From assembly GCA_951406725.2 (NCBI GenBank), contig OX597827.1, positions 9,796,001-9,860,000 on the forward strand: a stretch of DNA of 64,000 nt, read 5' to 3'. Source of the stretch: Octopus vulgaris. Taxonomy: Eukaryota. Shown piece by piece: positions 28,424-41,208 of the stretch. A model generated the notes under the pieces. It worked only from the letters and a program-made list of their open reading frames with translations. It searched no databases and was not told the origin of the DNA. Within the stretch, counting starts at the first letter, position 1; each line of letters begins with the position of its first letter. The position numbers and the translations under genes were made by a program.

Positions 28424-29324
28424 ATGTGTATGTATGTATGTATGTATGTATATATATTATTTTATATATTAAAAATGTTATTTTTCCTCAACTACCATTA
28501 GAATTAGAATTATTGTCTTAAAATACTTTATTGAACGAAGTGATCTCAGAGAAGCAACTGGAAAAGCTTTCATACAAATCTGATAATCTAATTAAAAGAA
28601 TATGACAAAAATTCCTCATGTAAGAATATATAGCAAAGCACAACAATGAACAGCAGCGTACACAAAATTTGAGAAAGTCAAAGAGGAATGTAATGTGAAT
28701 TGAAATTCAGAATTGGACATCAAGTGAAAATTCAAAACATATAACAAAATAACATAATAACATAATAAAGAACAGAGCTAAGCTGTTCTTAACATCAAGA
28801 GAATTATTAAAATTGAACCAGCTAATACAGCATGAGTAATAATCCTACATGAAATTGAGAAACAATAAAATCTAAGGATATTATTGTACATTTTAGAAAA
28901 TATTAAATAAATAAACAATTCAAGGAAATACTCCATATAATTCTTCCTCATCGTCTCAAAATTATATTTGCAGTAAAAAAAAACAAACAATAGTAATAAA
29001 ATACTACAAACAACAAAAAGAACACATTTTTAGTAAGATATATTTGAAAACTTTCGCACTGCCTACTGTGCTGACAAGGAATTTATATTTAAAACATGTG
29101 GTTATAAATATACTGAAGTTACCGTTTTAGTTTTATACACAGAAAATACGAGTTAAATGCTACGTTTTGTTAAATAATCCTTTTTTATGTTAGCTATTTT
29201 CAGTTTTATTGATTGAATTAGTCGCTGAAAGAAATGTTAAGTACTAACTTCAAGTATCTCAAGCTGGTTGTGTCAACTGAAACTGTTTACCAAAAATCAT
29301 TCAATTATAATTATTTTAAATAAC

Positions 29325-29728
29325 AGGCGCAGGAGTGACTGTGTGGTAAGTAGCTTGCTAACCAACCACATGGTTCCGGGTTCAGTCCCACTGCGTGGCA
29401 TCTTGGGCAAGTGTCTTCTGCTATAGCCCCAGGCCAACCAATGCCTTGTGAGTGGATTTGGTAGACGGAAACTGAAAGAAGCCTGTCGTATATATGTATA
29501 TATATATATATGTATATGTGTGTCTGTGTTTGTCTCCCTAGCATTGCTTGACAACCGATGCTGGTGTGTCTACGTCCCCGTCACTTAGCGGTTCGGCAAA
29601 AGAGACCGATAGAATAAGTACTGGGCTTACAAAAAGAATAAGTCCCGGGGTCGAGTTGCTCGACTAAAGGCGGTGCTCCAGCATGGCCGCAGTCATATGA
29701 CTGAAACAAGTAAAAGAGTAAAGAGTAA
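29325..29728 (+). mobile_element. SINE family A
   Basis: Full family match. Confidence 0.92.
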
Positions 29729-29882
29729 ACTAACAAGTTGCAGGTTTTGCATCATGTTTACTGTTTTTGCTTCCCGACCATGTGATCGCGGTTTCAATTC
29801 CACTGTTCAGTACTTTGTTCAATTATCCTCTGCTTTGGCATCAGGCTGACCAATTTGTCCTAAGTGGAATATATATATACTC

Positions 29883-30278
29883 TTACTCTTTCTCTTTTAC
29901 TCTTTTACTTGTTTCAGTCATTTGAATGTGGCCATGCTGGAGCACCACCTTTTAGTTGAGCAAATCGACCCCAAGACTTATTCTTTGTAAACCTAGTACT
30001 TATTCTATCGGTCTCTTTTGCCAAACTGCTAAGTTACGGGGACGTAAACATACCAGCATTGGTTGTCAAGTGATGCTAGAGGGACAAACACAGACACGCA
30101 AACATACATACACACACAGACATACATATATATACAATGGGCTTCTTTCAGTTTCCGCCTACCAAATCCACTCATAAGGCTTTGGTTGGCCCAAGGCTAT
30201 AGTAGAAGACACTTGGGACTGAACCCGGAACCATGTGGTTGGTAAGCAAGCTACTTACCACACAGCCACTCCTACGCC
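29883..30278 (-). mobile_element. SINE family A (inverted relative to 29325-29728)
   Basis: Full family match with a small internal deletion. Confidence 0.9.
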
Positions 30279-30750
30279 TATATATGTATATAAAACAGTT
30301 TCATGCACTGATTTCATTTATATATACATGTATACATATATATATCATCATTATCTTTTAACATCCGTTTTCCATTCTGCGATGGGTTGGATGGTTTGAC
30401 AGGAGCAGGCCAACTGAGGAGCTGTCCAGACAATAATTGTCTGTTGTGGCATGGTACCCCAGTCCAAGTACCCCAGTATAATTGCAGCAAGCCAATGAAT
30501 CATAACAGTAAAAGATTAAAAATTAATGTTAATGGAATGTGTGATCAAATGTTTAATAATATTTACTCAGCATTCAACAGAGGTAATTCACAGTTCTCTG
30601 TCAAAAGGTTAAGAGTCTGATCAATGAACTCTGGAATTTTTATGGAAATCACAGAATACATTATTTCTAATCTGTTGTAACATTAAGTAACAATTTATTT
30701 TTCCTATTCTTTCACTAAATTCTATATAGTGCTAAAAAAAATTACATAAT

Positions 30751-30826
<76 letters not shown>

Positions 30827-30828
<2 letters not shown>

Positions 30829-31190
30829 TGAGAAAATGTGGCATCTCAAAGCGGTTACAATACTAGTGATCGTAGGAGCACTAGGAATGATCAAGAAGGG
30901 AACAGAAAATTATATGAGAATGATCCCTGGCTTACCACCCCTGCAAGAAGTGCAAAAGATTGTCTTAACTGGTACATCACACGTATTGAGAAGAGCATTG
31001 TCGATGTGAGAACTATTACTACCCATGTATTTTAATTTAACTTTATTTCTATCAAAAAAAAAAAAAATTAACGAACTAGTGAGTTTAGTTTAATGGCCTA
31101 CCAATGTATACTATGAGTTTCTTTGCCCTAGGAGTCGGGAAGACACTCGGCAAGAAATGGAAGCAAATTTGAAAGAAGAAGAAAACCTCA
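30827..31190 (+). mobile_element. 5'-truncated R4/Dong-like non-LTR retrotransposon (restriction-like endonuclease C-terminus plus 3' UTR) inserted in (TAA)n
   Basis: IEKMWHLKAVTILVIVGALGMIKKG...LQEVQKIVLTGTSHVLRRALSM* resembles the RLE C-terminus of R4/Dong elements. (AAT)n lies on both sides. Confidence 0.8.
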
Positions 31191-31192
31191 TA

Positions 31193-31227
<35 letters not shown>

Positions 31228-31247
31228 TAATAATAATAATAGCAATA

Positions 31248-31477
31248 GTCCTTTCTACTGGAGGCAAAAGGCCTGAAATTTGTGGGGAGAGGGTTTGTTG
31301 ATTACATCGACCCCAGTGCTCAACTGGTACTTAATTTATCGACCCCACACCAAAAAAAAGAATGAAAGGGCAAGGTGGACCTCGCCGGAACTTGAACTCT
31401 GAATGTGAAAGAAGATGAATGAAATGCTGCCAAGCATTTTGCCCAGCACGCTAACGATTCTGCCCGCTCACCGCCTT
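31248..31477 (-). mobile_element. SINE family B', older tail variant
   Basis: B head and body with the alternative tail ...ccccacaaatttcaggcc...agtagaaagga. Confidence 0.8.
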
Positions 31478-31934
31478 AAAAATTGATAAATAAATAAATA
31501 AACAAATAAATAAATAAATAAATAAATAAATAAGTGAATAAATAAATAAATAAACAAATAAATGAAAAATATAGCTAGTCAATATGAAAATTTGAGATGT
31601 CTGTTGTTAGCAGTGGGTTAAGTAAATGTGATAACATATACAAAGGAAATTCTGTATAGTACTAACTGGCTAGCTACCAAATGTGAAATATAAGTTTCTA
31701 TTGAATTTCAGATACAAATCAAATACTGTTTTCCAAATCGATCTAGGTGTTCACTTCTTTGTTTTGACTTGCATTCAGGCAAAGAGTTAAATACGATGTC
31801 TAATGGGATACAAGATAAAAACCAATTGAACTTTCAACACAACTACTTTTTATTTACTATTTTATATATTGATATATGTGTATGTTATTTATTTATTGTG
31901 GTGTCCACTATATTTTTCAAGATTTCTGAAAATA

Positions 31935-31985
<51 letters not shown>

Positions 31986-32272
31986 GAATGAATGAAAGAA
32001 TGGAGTCGAACGAAGATGTTAACAAAATTCCTTTACTCTCGACATATGTTTCGAAGACTGCATATTTTTATTCCGAAGGAATAAAGGGTGCATTATGCAA
32101 TCTTCTCATCAGGAAAGATAAGGAGCCTCTCTCAACTACAAGACGAACCCGGAGTTTCTACCCTTGACAGGTCGCTTCAACCGTGTTTTCTGACATGAAT
32201 TTGCTACCCAGGTATCAGTTAAACGAATTTTCCATGTTGACGATATACATAGGAAAATTCATTCATCTACTT
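31986..32272 (-). mobile_element. Short Penelope-like (pLTR-type) element in (TA)n carrying a hammerhead ribozyme
   Basis: A unique ~290-bp segment between TA tracts contains the full hammerhead motif. The outer 49-bp direct repeat is at 31881-31929 and 32411-32459. Confidence 0.7.
32030..32123 (-). ncRNA. Type I hammerhead ribozyme
   Basis: Minus strand: ccttatctttc-CTGATGA-GAAGATTGCATA..[inner hairpin tttattcc ttc ggaataaa]..TATGCAGTCTTC-GAAA-CATATG-TC^-gagagtaaagg. All core nucleotides, stems I and II and a palindromic stem III are present. Predicted cleavage is after GUC, between 32041 and 32040. Confidence 0.85.
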
Positions 32273-32311
32273 ATATATGTATATATATGTATATATATGT
32301 ATATATATATG

Positions 32312-32360
<49 letters not shown>

Positions 32361-32552
32361 TATATCTATATCTATATATATATATATATATATATATGCA
32401 TTTATTTATTTATGTTATTTATTCATTGTGGTGTCCACTATATTTTTCAAGATTTCCGAGACTGCAGAGTATAAAGGAGAAAGAGCAAAAGCCTACTTAA
32501 AAGCTTGAAATAAAAGAGATTTCCTTAACAGCAATCTCTTTGCAAAGATACA

Positions 32553-32710
32553 TAGTCTAGTGGTTAGGATGTTACACTCATGGTTACAAATTGTGGTTTC
32601 AATTCCTGGACTGGAAAGTGCACTGTACTCTTGAGCAAAATACTTTCTTTTCCTATTGCTTCACTCCACTGAACTGTAAATGAGTAACTCTGGAAATATT
32701 GTAATCTCAG
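32553..32710 (+). mobile_element. Old tRNA-derived SINE family D head
   Basis: tagtggttaggatgtt...ggtttcaattcctggac...cttgagcaa. Confidence 0.6.
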
Positions 32711-32739
32711 CAACTTAAAATGTAAAGACTCCCTTTGGT

Positions 32740-33050
32740 CATGAATGACCATGGGAATTGCATCTAGAAAGTTTCCCTCTGAGGCACAAGTCCAGGCAAG
32801 GTTGTTTATGGAAGACCAGCAGTTGCTCATACACACCCTCTCCACATCAGCAATGTTATCCAAGGGAAAAGCAAGGCGCGATGCAGCTTGGCACCAGTGA
32901 CATTACAACTCATTTTTACAGATGAGTGAACTGGAGCAATGTGAATTAAAGTGTCTTGCTTAGTAACATGACACACAACCTGGTCCAGGAATTGAACTCA
33001 CTACCTCATAGTTGTGAGCCTGATTCTCTAACCACTGAGCCATGTACCTC
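32740..33050 (-). mobile_element. SINE family D, also at 47655-47975
   Basis: Shared tgaatgaccat..gattgca...gcagcttggcaccagtgacattacaactc...gaactggagcaatgtgaa. Confidence 0.7.
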
Positions 33051-33154
33051 TCGGTCACTTATATGCTATCAAAACCAGGCAACTAGCCTTAGGACTCAAG
33101 ACGGTGATGCCCAGGGTTTCATCATGACGATGAATCTTTGGTTAGATAGTGGTG

Positions 33155-33400
33155 TGTGGAGGCACATGGCTTAGTGGTTAGGGTGTTGTACTCATGATCG
33201 TAAGATAGTGGTTTCAATTTCTGGACCAAGTGACACGTTGTGTTCTTGAGCAAAGCACTCCATTTCACATTGCTCCAGCCCACTCAGCCGGCAAAAATAA
33301 GTAACCGTGCAAAGGACCAGGATCCTGTCGAGGTGGGGAATTTTGACATAATGGAAACCAGAAAGCCAGCTCTTATGAGTTGTCATGACTCAAGAAAGTA
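33155..33400 (+). mobile_element. SINE family D
   Basis: tRNA-like head tggcttagtggttagggtg...ggtttcaatt followed by gtgttcttgagcaa..cact..atttcacattgctccag. Confidence 0.7.
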
Positions 33401-33876
33401 AATTAACGTAGATGGTGGTGTACAGTATTAAACTGAATGGCTCATTAAGAGACCCCTAAATGCTTGCAACAGAGATGACTCTGTGAAAGACCTTCAAAAG
33501 CCAGTTAGGGCTACTAACTGCATGAAAGCTCTAATTAGAGTTTTTATTCAGTTGCTGTTCACCAAATTTCTCTCACATGTCTGTGGTTGACTTGGGCTAT
33601 AGTAGAAGATGCCTGTCCACCAAAGTACCATGTAACAGAATTGAACCTGGAACCATGTAGTTTCAAAGCAAATACTTTAACATACATTGCGATATCTGAG
33701 GCTGTGCAGAAATAAAATAAACAAGATCTAAAGGCTGACTTTTTACTTCGAGAGAAATTTTTGCAACTTAACCAAGTTGTATATTATATAACAATATATT
33801 ATGTAATATAATATATATATATCATATATTTACATGTAATATATATCTAATATATACAATATAGAAAATATGATAT

Positions 33877-34286
33877 AAGGAGTGGCTGTGTGGTAAGTAG
33901 CTTGCTAACCAACCACATCGTTCCGGGTTCAGTCCCACTGCGTGGCATCTTGGGCAAGTGTCTTCTACTATAGCCCCGGGCCGACCAATGCCTTGTGAGT
34001 GGATTTGGTAGACAGAAACTGAAAGAAGCCTGTCGTATATATGTATATATATATATATATGTGTGATTGTGTGTCTGTATTTGTCCCCCTAGCATTGCTT
34101 GACAACCGATGCCGGTGTGTTTACGTCCCCGTCACTTAGCGGTTCGGCAAAAAGAGACCAATAGAATAAGTACTGGACTTACAAAGAATAAGTCCCGGGG
34201 TCGATTTGCTCGACTAAAGGCGGTGCTCCAGCATGGGCGCAGTCAAATGACTGAAACAAGTAAAAGAGTAAAAGAGTAAAAGAGTA
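33877..34286 (+). mobile_element. SINE family A
   Basis: Full family match. Confidence 0.92.
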
Positions 34287-34480
34287 ATATAATGTAATAT
34301 GTTTTATGCTCCTAAAGGGACCCAGGAATCAAGTGGACTCAAGGGACACAAGAACCAAGAACCAACTAGGTTATGGATTAGGTCTATCACACAAATTAGT
34401 TCTGTTCTTTTAAATGTTTGGTCATATGAGAAAAAAGAGGAAAAGACAACGTAGAAGCTGTATGTATGTATGTATGTATG

Positions 34481-34712
34481 TATTTCTTTACTACCCAGAA
34501 GGGGCTAAACATAGAGGGGACAAACAAGGACAGACAAACGGATTAAGTCGATTATATCGACCCCAGTGCATAACTGGTACTTAATTTATCGACCTCGAAA
34601 GGATGAAAAGCAGAGTCGACCTCGGCGGAATTTGAACTCAGTACGTAACGGCAGAGGAAATAGGGCTACACATTTCGCCCGGCGTGCTAACGTTTCTGTC
34701 AGCTCACCGCCT
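34481..34712 (-). mobile_element. SINE family B inserted in (TATG)n
   Basis: Family match with (tatg)n on both sides. Confidence 0.9.
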
Positions 34713-37205
34713 TATGTATGTATGTATGTATGTATGTATGTATGTATGTATGTATGTATGTATGTATGTATCTATCTATCTATCTATCTATCTACATCTA
34801 TCTATCTATCAATCAATCTATCTATCTACCTATCAATCTATCTATCTATCTATCTATCTATCTGTCAATCTATCAATCTATCTATCTATCTATCTGTCTG
34901 TCTATCTATCAATCTATCTATCTATCTATCTGTCTGTCTATCATACATGCACACATACACACAAACATGCATATAGGTTGGGATTATTGTGACTTGATTC
35001 AAGGAACTACCTGATAAGAATATAAGGGTAAATCCCCTGTATGAAGGAGGAGAATATAAATCATAAGAACTTATTATACAGTGATGGATGTTGCTGTTGT
35101 TGTTGTTGTTGTCGTCGTCGTCGTTGTTGTTGTTATTATTTGTAAGTGTATCTTGGTAAATCTGCTACATATATGATATATGGGGCAGAGGCAAATGATT
35201 GAACAAACTATCAAATCAGCATTTCAAGACACGGTCATCCCAAGTTTATTGTTGGGATATATTGTTGTATGATTAAAGCACAAACACCACGAGGTAGAAA
35301 GTCTAAAGACGTTAAGGAGTTTGTTGGCAGGAAATTAGTTGCTACATTGAACAGATCACGCAAAATTGATTCTGTTAAATAATTCCTTTAGATGATTTTG
35401 TAATTCTTTGAAAAGCTTTTAGACTTAAGTTGATGTTTGTGAATGTTGAAAAAAGAAAAGAATAATTTAAGCGTTCTTCAATTTTTCTATTTCATTTTTA
35501 TTCATTTATTTATTTTTTGTCTGGATTTTTAGAAAGAAAACAATTCTAAATACACATAAAAATGCAAAGGATAAAATACATAAAAAAATATTAGCTTGAT
35601 CAAATCTATGTTTAAACCAGTGAACACACTTGCATATTAATTCATAAATTAGCAACAACTGCACACACAACTTTTTCTTAATTTGGATATGAAAATATCT
35701 CCTAATTATATCTCAATTGGGTTCATCTGAAGAATTTCTTGTTCAGATTATCAGTTTATCTTTAGAGAATCTTTCTTTTTCTGTCTTTTTGTCTATGATG
35801 TAAACAAAGTCTAAAATGTGCTTTGACTATACAACCGATATAACTGTCTTCCTAAATGAATGGATTTTTTTCCTGAATTTTAAAACACTTAACACATTGG
35901 ATGACAAATATCCTCTTAGTAAGAAACCATGCCTACCTATAGTTCTTTCAGAAACGTTCAAAGTTGTCTCTCCTACATGCTCAACCGAAGGACAATGTTG
36001 GTTAACCCTTAATAAGCTCTCTGTATTTAACTGCTGCATTTAACACTAATTTTCAATCATTCATGATGTTGACAGCATTGGAAACAACAAAACCCACTCA
36101 TTTAAGACTACCATAGAAATATTATTAGAATAAATCCTTTGCTTGTGTAAAATGAGACAGCACAAATGAATTGCCCTTTATGTACAATTTTGAATTTCAA
36201 TCCACATTTCATAGCTCATTAACATGATAAACTCTTGTATGCTGCTGTTCATAGCTGATTGATATAGTCTTACATCGAAAATTTTTCTAATTTTCTTTAA
36301 GTTAGAACATTAGATTGATATAAAAGCTTTTTCCAGTTACTTTTGTAAGATCACTTTGTTAAATAAAGTAGTATCAGGTGATAATTTCTAATTTTGGTGG
36401 TGTAAAAACTATGAAGATATCCAATTCATAGCTGAAGATGGGAGCTCTCTTTCTTTTATGTAATATGCCTTCATTCTTTCCTTGTTGACTCTGCTTGCTG
36501 TCACCCCACCCAAAATAATTCTCAATCCTGAAAGTTCCTAAAATACTGTATGAAAGTCTATTTATAGTTGGTGCTAGAGAGGTTATGAATAAACAGATGA
36601 CAATCTTAATTAACAATGCATTAAATGTTGCTTGAATGGTCTTTGCAAGGTATTGCTATGCAAAATATAAAAAGTTCTGGTGTAAATATGTTGCAATGTA
36701 AGAAGTCTAATGCTGACTCTTCTGTATAAGCTTAATAATATAAGGGAAATTAAAACATGCATTATATTTATGCATACTTTCTGGCTAATTTTTATCTTGT
36801 ACTGGCTCATTGTTTTGTCCTTGAGTGGTTTCAGGATCATCAGTTTTTCTGTAAGGTGCCACATATAAATGATCCATGCTGGTACCATATATGAAGTAGT
36901 CAAGCTGGTGCTGTGTAAAACTCATTCAGTAGACCATGCAAAGTGGTTGGCATTAGGAAGGGCCTCCAACCACAGAAACCATTCCAAAACAGATAAATGA
37001 AGTCTGGGCAGGTCTCTGGTTGGCTAGTTCCCATTAAAACCGTCCAACCCATACCAGTATGGAAAATGCATATTGAATTGTGATGGCAAAGATGATGATG
37101 ATGATGAGGCTGATGAGGATGACAACAATGACGATGATGATGAGGAGGAGGAGGGGGAGGAAGTTCACGATGATGATGATGATAATGATGATGATGATGA
37201 TGATA

Positions 37206-37243
<38 letters not shown>

Positions 37244-38314
37244 GTAGTTGCTAGCCCCTTTCTCAGCCCTTCTTTATGTCTAGAAAGTGGGATGCTCTGA
37301 GTAGTCCCTCTCTGATACTCATCATAATAATGTAAGGTGCTTGTAACAGTGTAAGATTAATCGACCCCCAGTACATAACTACAAAAACTAGTATTTTTAT
37401 TTATTGAATCTGTAAGGCTGCAAGACAACATTTACCTCTGAAGAATTTGAACTTTATGCACAGAGAGCCACAATGCATTATGCAGGGAATTATTCCGACT
37501 ATCTACTGCCTCTAACCATTGGCTACTTATTATTTAGACAAAATTTATTTTATTAATAATTATAAGGATTTCATTTTTTGCAGCAATGCTCTATTTTATT
37601 GTGGAAAATTATTTGACCCTAAATATATTAGAGTCAGTGACATAGCAGAACATATATACAACAGAATATATCATTGTAGATCAATGCTGGGAAACATTTT
37701 TAGCTTGAGGGACAAATTATATGTGCATAAGAACCCATGGGAGTACATTCTTGAAAAAAAATGATGAATCTTTAATTTTACAAATTCAAAAGTATGCAAC
37801 TCATATTGAATTACTATTTTGGTATTAAAGCTTAAACCAGTTTTTTTTTTTTATTCATTTTTTTTTATTTATTTATTTATCTATTTAATTCATCTGATTG
37901 ATTTTTCAAAACTTTGTAGCAGACTGTTTCATATTTGAATATGGGTGAAACTGGATCTGTTGAGCAAGTGGTTTCTCTAGAAATTTTCTAGATAAATGAG
38001 ACGGTAATCCACCTTATTCACTTGGCTACTTTGTCTCTAAATAAAAGAATAGCTGAAAAGAACCAGTCATCAAAATACTTCCATCAGAATCTTGCATATT
38101 CTTATATCCCTTGAGCTAGTTATTAATTCAATGAAACAGTTGTTAAGAGAGTTATATGACATTTTAACTGACAATTCTCTGATGGTTGAGAAATATTCTC
38201 ATGTTATATTCTCATGTTCCAAACACATTTCAGGTTTGCTTCTAATAGAAAAAGAAAAAGAAAGAAAAATACCAAATTTATATTATTTTGTACAATATTC
38301 TGTCTTTAGTTACT

Positions 38315-38728
38315 GGCATGGCTGTGTGGTTGAGAAGCTCTCTTTGTAACCACAAAGTTTCAAGTTCAATCCCACTGTGTGGCACCTTGAACAAGTGTTT
38401 TCTACAATAGCCTTGGGCCGACCAAAGACTTGTGAGTGGATTTGGTAGACAGAAACTGAAAGAAGCCTATCGTGTATATGTATATATATATTGCACTTAT
38501 ATGTATGTGTGTGTGTATATATGTTTGTGTGTCTCTGTTTGTCCCCCACCAACATCTTGACAACCGATGGTGGTATGTTTACGTCCCCGTTTGGTAAAAG
38601 AGACCGATAGAATAAGTACTAGGCTTACAAAGAATAAGTCCTCGAGTCGATTTGCTCGACTAAAGGCGGTGCTCCAGCATGGCCACAGTCAAATGACTGA
38701 AACAAGTAAGTAAAGAGTAAGTAAAGAG
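38315..38728 (+). mobile_element. SINE family A
   Basis: Family match with a more diverged head. Confidence 0.87.
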
Positions 38729-40064
38729 CAACTATGTAAAACATCTTCTTCTCCCTAATAATAAATTCCATTCATGTTCAGAATGCTTCTTAAAAAATAC
38801 CAAATCAGCTTCAGTAATTTTATTGGTACTTTATTTTATCAACCCTGGAATTAGGAAAACCAAAGTTAATACCAGTCTAAGTCCTCTTTTTTTTTATTCT
38901 ATTCTTATCTAAGATGCTTTACAGAAATATTAAATTAGCAGCAATATTTGTTTGGTGTTTTATTTCATTGACTACAGAAGAAAGAAGAAAAGCAAAATTG
39001 ACCTCAGTAAGATTCGAACCCAGAAGCAAAATTTTCCATTGCCTCTTGATATTCAAATATCATTCATCATGGCTAAGATCAGCATTTTTTGCTTGATTCT
39101 TTTCCAGCTTCCCTTCGAAATGCAGCAAGATTACTGAATCCAAAGCATTAGTCACCGAAGGCTATGGTTGCACACATTTGCTCAAGGTTCCATGCAGCTA
39201 AATTGAACTCAGAACCATGCATTTGTGATGCAAATTTCTCAGCCACTCAAGCCACACAAGCCATGCGGGTCTCCATTTGTAGTATATCTTGAAAACTGCC
39301 CTTGATGTTTATCAATATATTCTACTTTATTTACTGTGCATCATTAGATACAATTTTATTATTCTGAAGATGTTCAGATTTTGCACAGCATAAAGTTCGC
39401 TATTTGCTATTTGGTTCTTCAAGAGAAAGTTTATATTCTCTTTCTGTACGTTTATCAAATTAGCTTGCCATAGAAAGAGAATTTACAGAGTTAAGATCAT
39501 CAAGCAATTACAGCTTGACATGGGCAGTGCGTGGTTCTTGTTGTGTTAGCCTACATCACATTCTAATTGGTTGCTTTGAAACAAACTCCTGCTTAGCGAT
39601 GCCATCGTATATTCTGATTGAGTCATTAGTTCTGTGTGACAACTGAACTGGAATGGTAAATAGGGACAGTCACAAGAACTGGAAGGTAGTGACAATCTGC
39701 ATCAGCATGGTCTCGTTAGGAAGTATAAGTAAACAAGAAGTATGCTGATGTTCTTTAAAAAAAGAAGTAGAGAAAGAGACTAATGTTTATTCTCTGACAT
39801 AAAGTAGAGCCTGAGATGTTAGCCCCTAATTCTCAACATAAACAAAATTAACCCTCTTATATATATACACACACACACAATGTTAAAGACGTTTTCACCT
39901 CCCCAGCGTTACATCTGCTTGTTGTCTGCACCACCTGTCTTCGTCTTTTGTTTTTTTGTGAGAATGGACAGTAAGCGTAAGCCAGTGTCAACGGTGATTC
40001 CAGAAATTCCAAACCAGAAACTACAGCCTAGAATTTGACCTCATGGTGGCAACGACTGAGACCG

Positions 40065-40348
40065 TTTGCATTGTTGTGCTTGCAAAGACCCATCAAGCCA
40101 GGCAAAATCGCAGTCATGGCAGATAGATACTAGTGTCACAAAAATAGCATCGATACCAGTGGTATGTAAAATCACTCATTACACTCTTGGAGTGGTTGGC
40201 ATTAGGAAGGGCATCCAGCTGTAGAAACCATACCAAATCATACTGGAATCTGGTGTAGCCTTCCAGTGTGCCAGCTGTGGTCAAACCGCTCAACCCATGC
40301 CAGTATGGACAATTGCTGTTAAGTGGTGATGATGATGATGATGATGAT
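40065..40348 (+). mobile_element. Older family C / RTE 3' end
   Basis: gtgcttgcaaagacccatcaagcc (ORF end-like) followed by the family C signature and (GAT)n. Confidence 0.7.
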
Positions 40349-40827
40349 ATATATATATATATATTTGTGTCTTTGTATCTGTGTTTGTCCCACACCACTG
40401 TTTGATAACTGGTGTAGGTGTCTTTACATCCATGTAGCTTAACAGTTCATCAAAAGAGACTGATAAAATAGGATATTTCTTTTAAACATTTATATCTTGG
40501 ATTTTTCTTTAAATTATAAATTTCATAAATTCTTCCACATGTCTTAATCATTCTCTGTTGCTACCCCTTAGTATCATCGTCTAAAGTAATACTGGCTTAA
40601 ATTTTTAGTACAAGGCCAGCGGTTTTGTGGGAGGGAATAAGTTGGTTACATCAACTGCTACGTATTTTTTTGGAGCCTGAAAGGATGCAAGGCAAAGTTG
40701 ACTCTGGTAGAATTTGAACTCAATGTGAAGACAGAAGAAATTCGGCTAAGAATTTCGCCTGGCATATTGATGGTACTGCCAGCTTGCTGCCTCATCTTTC
40801 AAGATAATCTCCCTCTCTCTCTCTCTC

Positions 40828-41208
40828 TCTTTTACTTGTTTCATTTGATTATGGCCATGCTGTAGCATTGCCTTTAGTCGAGCAAATCGACCCCGGCACT
40901 TATTCTTTATAAGCCTAGTACTTATTCTATCGGTTTCTTTTGCTGAACCACTAGGTGACGGAGACATAAACACACCAGCATCGTTTGTCAAGCAATGCTA
41001 GGACAAACACAGACACTCAAACATACACATATATATACATATATATGACAGGCTTCTTTCAGTTTCCGTCTACCAAATCCACTCACAAGGCTTTGGTCGG
41101 CCTGAGGCAATAGAAGAAGACACTTGCCCAGGATGCCACGCAGTGGAACTGAACCTGGAACCATGTGGTTGGTAAGCAAGCTACTTATCACACAGCCACT
41201 CCTACACC
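40828..41208 (-). mobile_element. SINE family A
   Basis: Family match. Confidence 0.88.

Noticed and set aside
29325-29400. tRNA-like sequences with A and B boxes (many copies)
   Set aside because: They are SINE heads continuous with SINE bodies and lack a complete cloverleaf.
35700-36900. Repeat-poor stretch with several 70-100-aa ORFs
   Set aside because: I found no recognisable domain or consistent frame; it may be a decayed transposon but this cannot be supported.
39500-39720. Possible promoter-like unique segment (CCAAT-like and AP-1-like motifs)
   Set aside because: Such short motifs are expected by chance, and there is no independent evidence for a transcription start.
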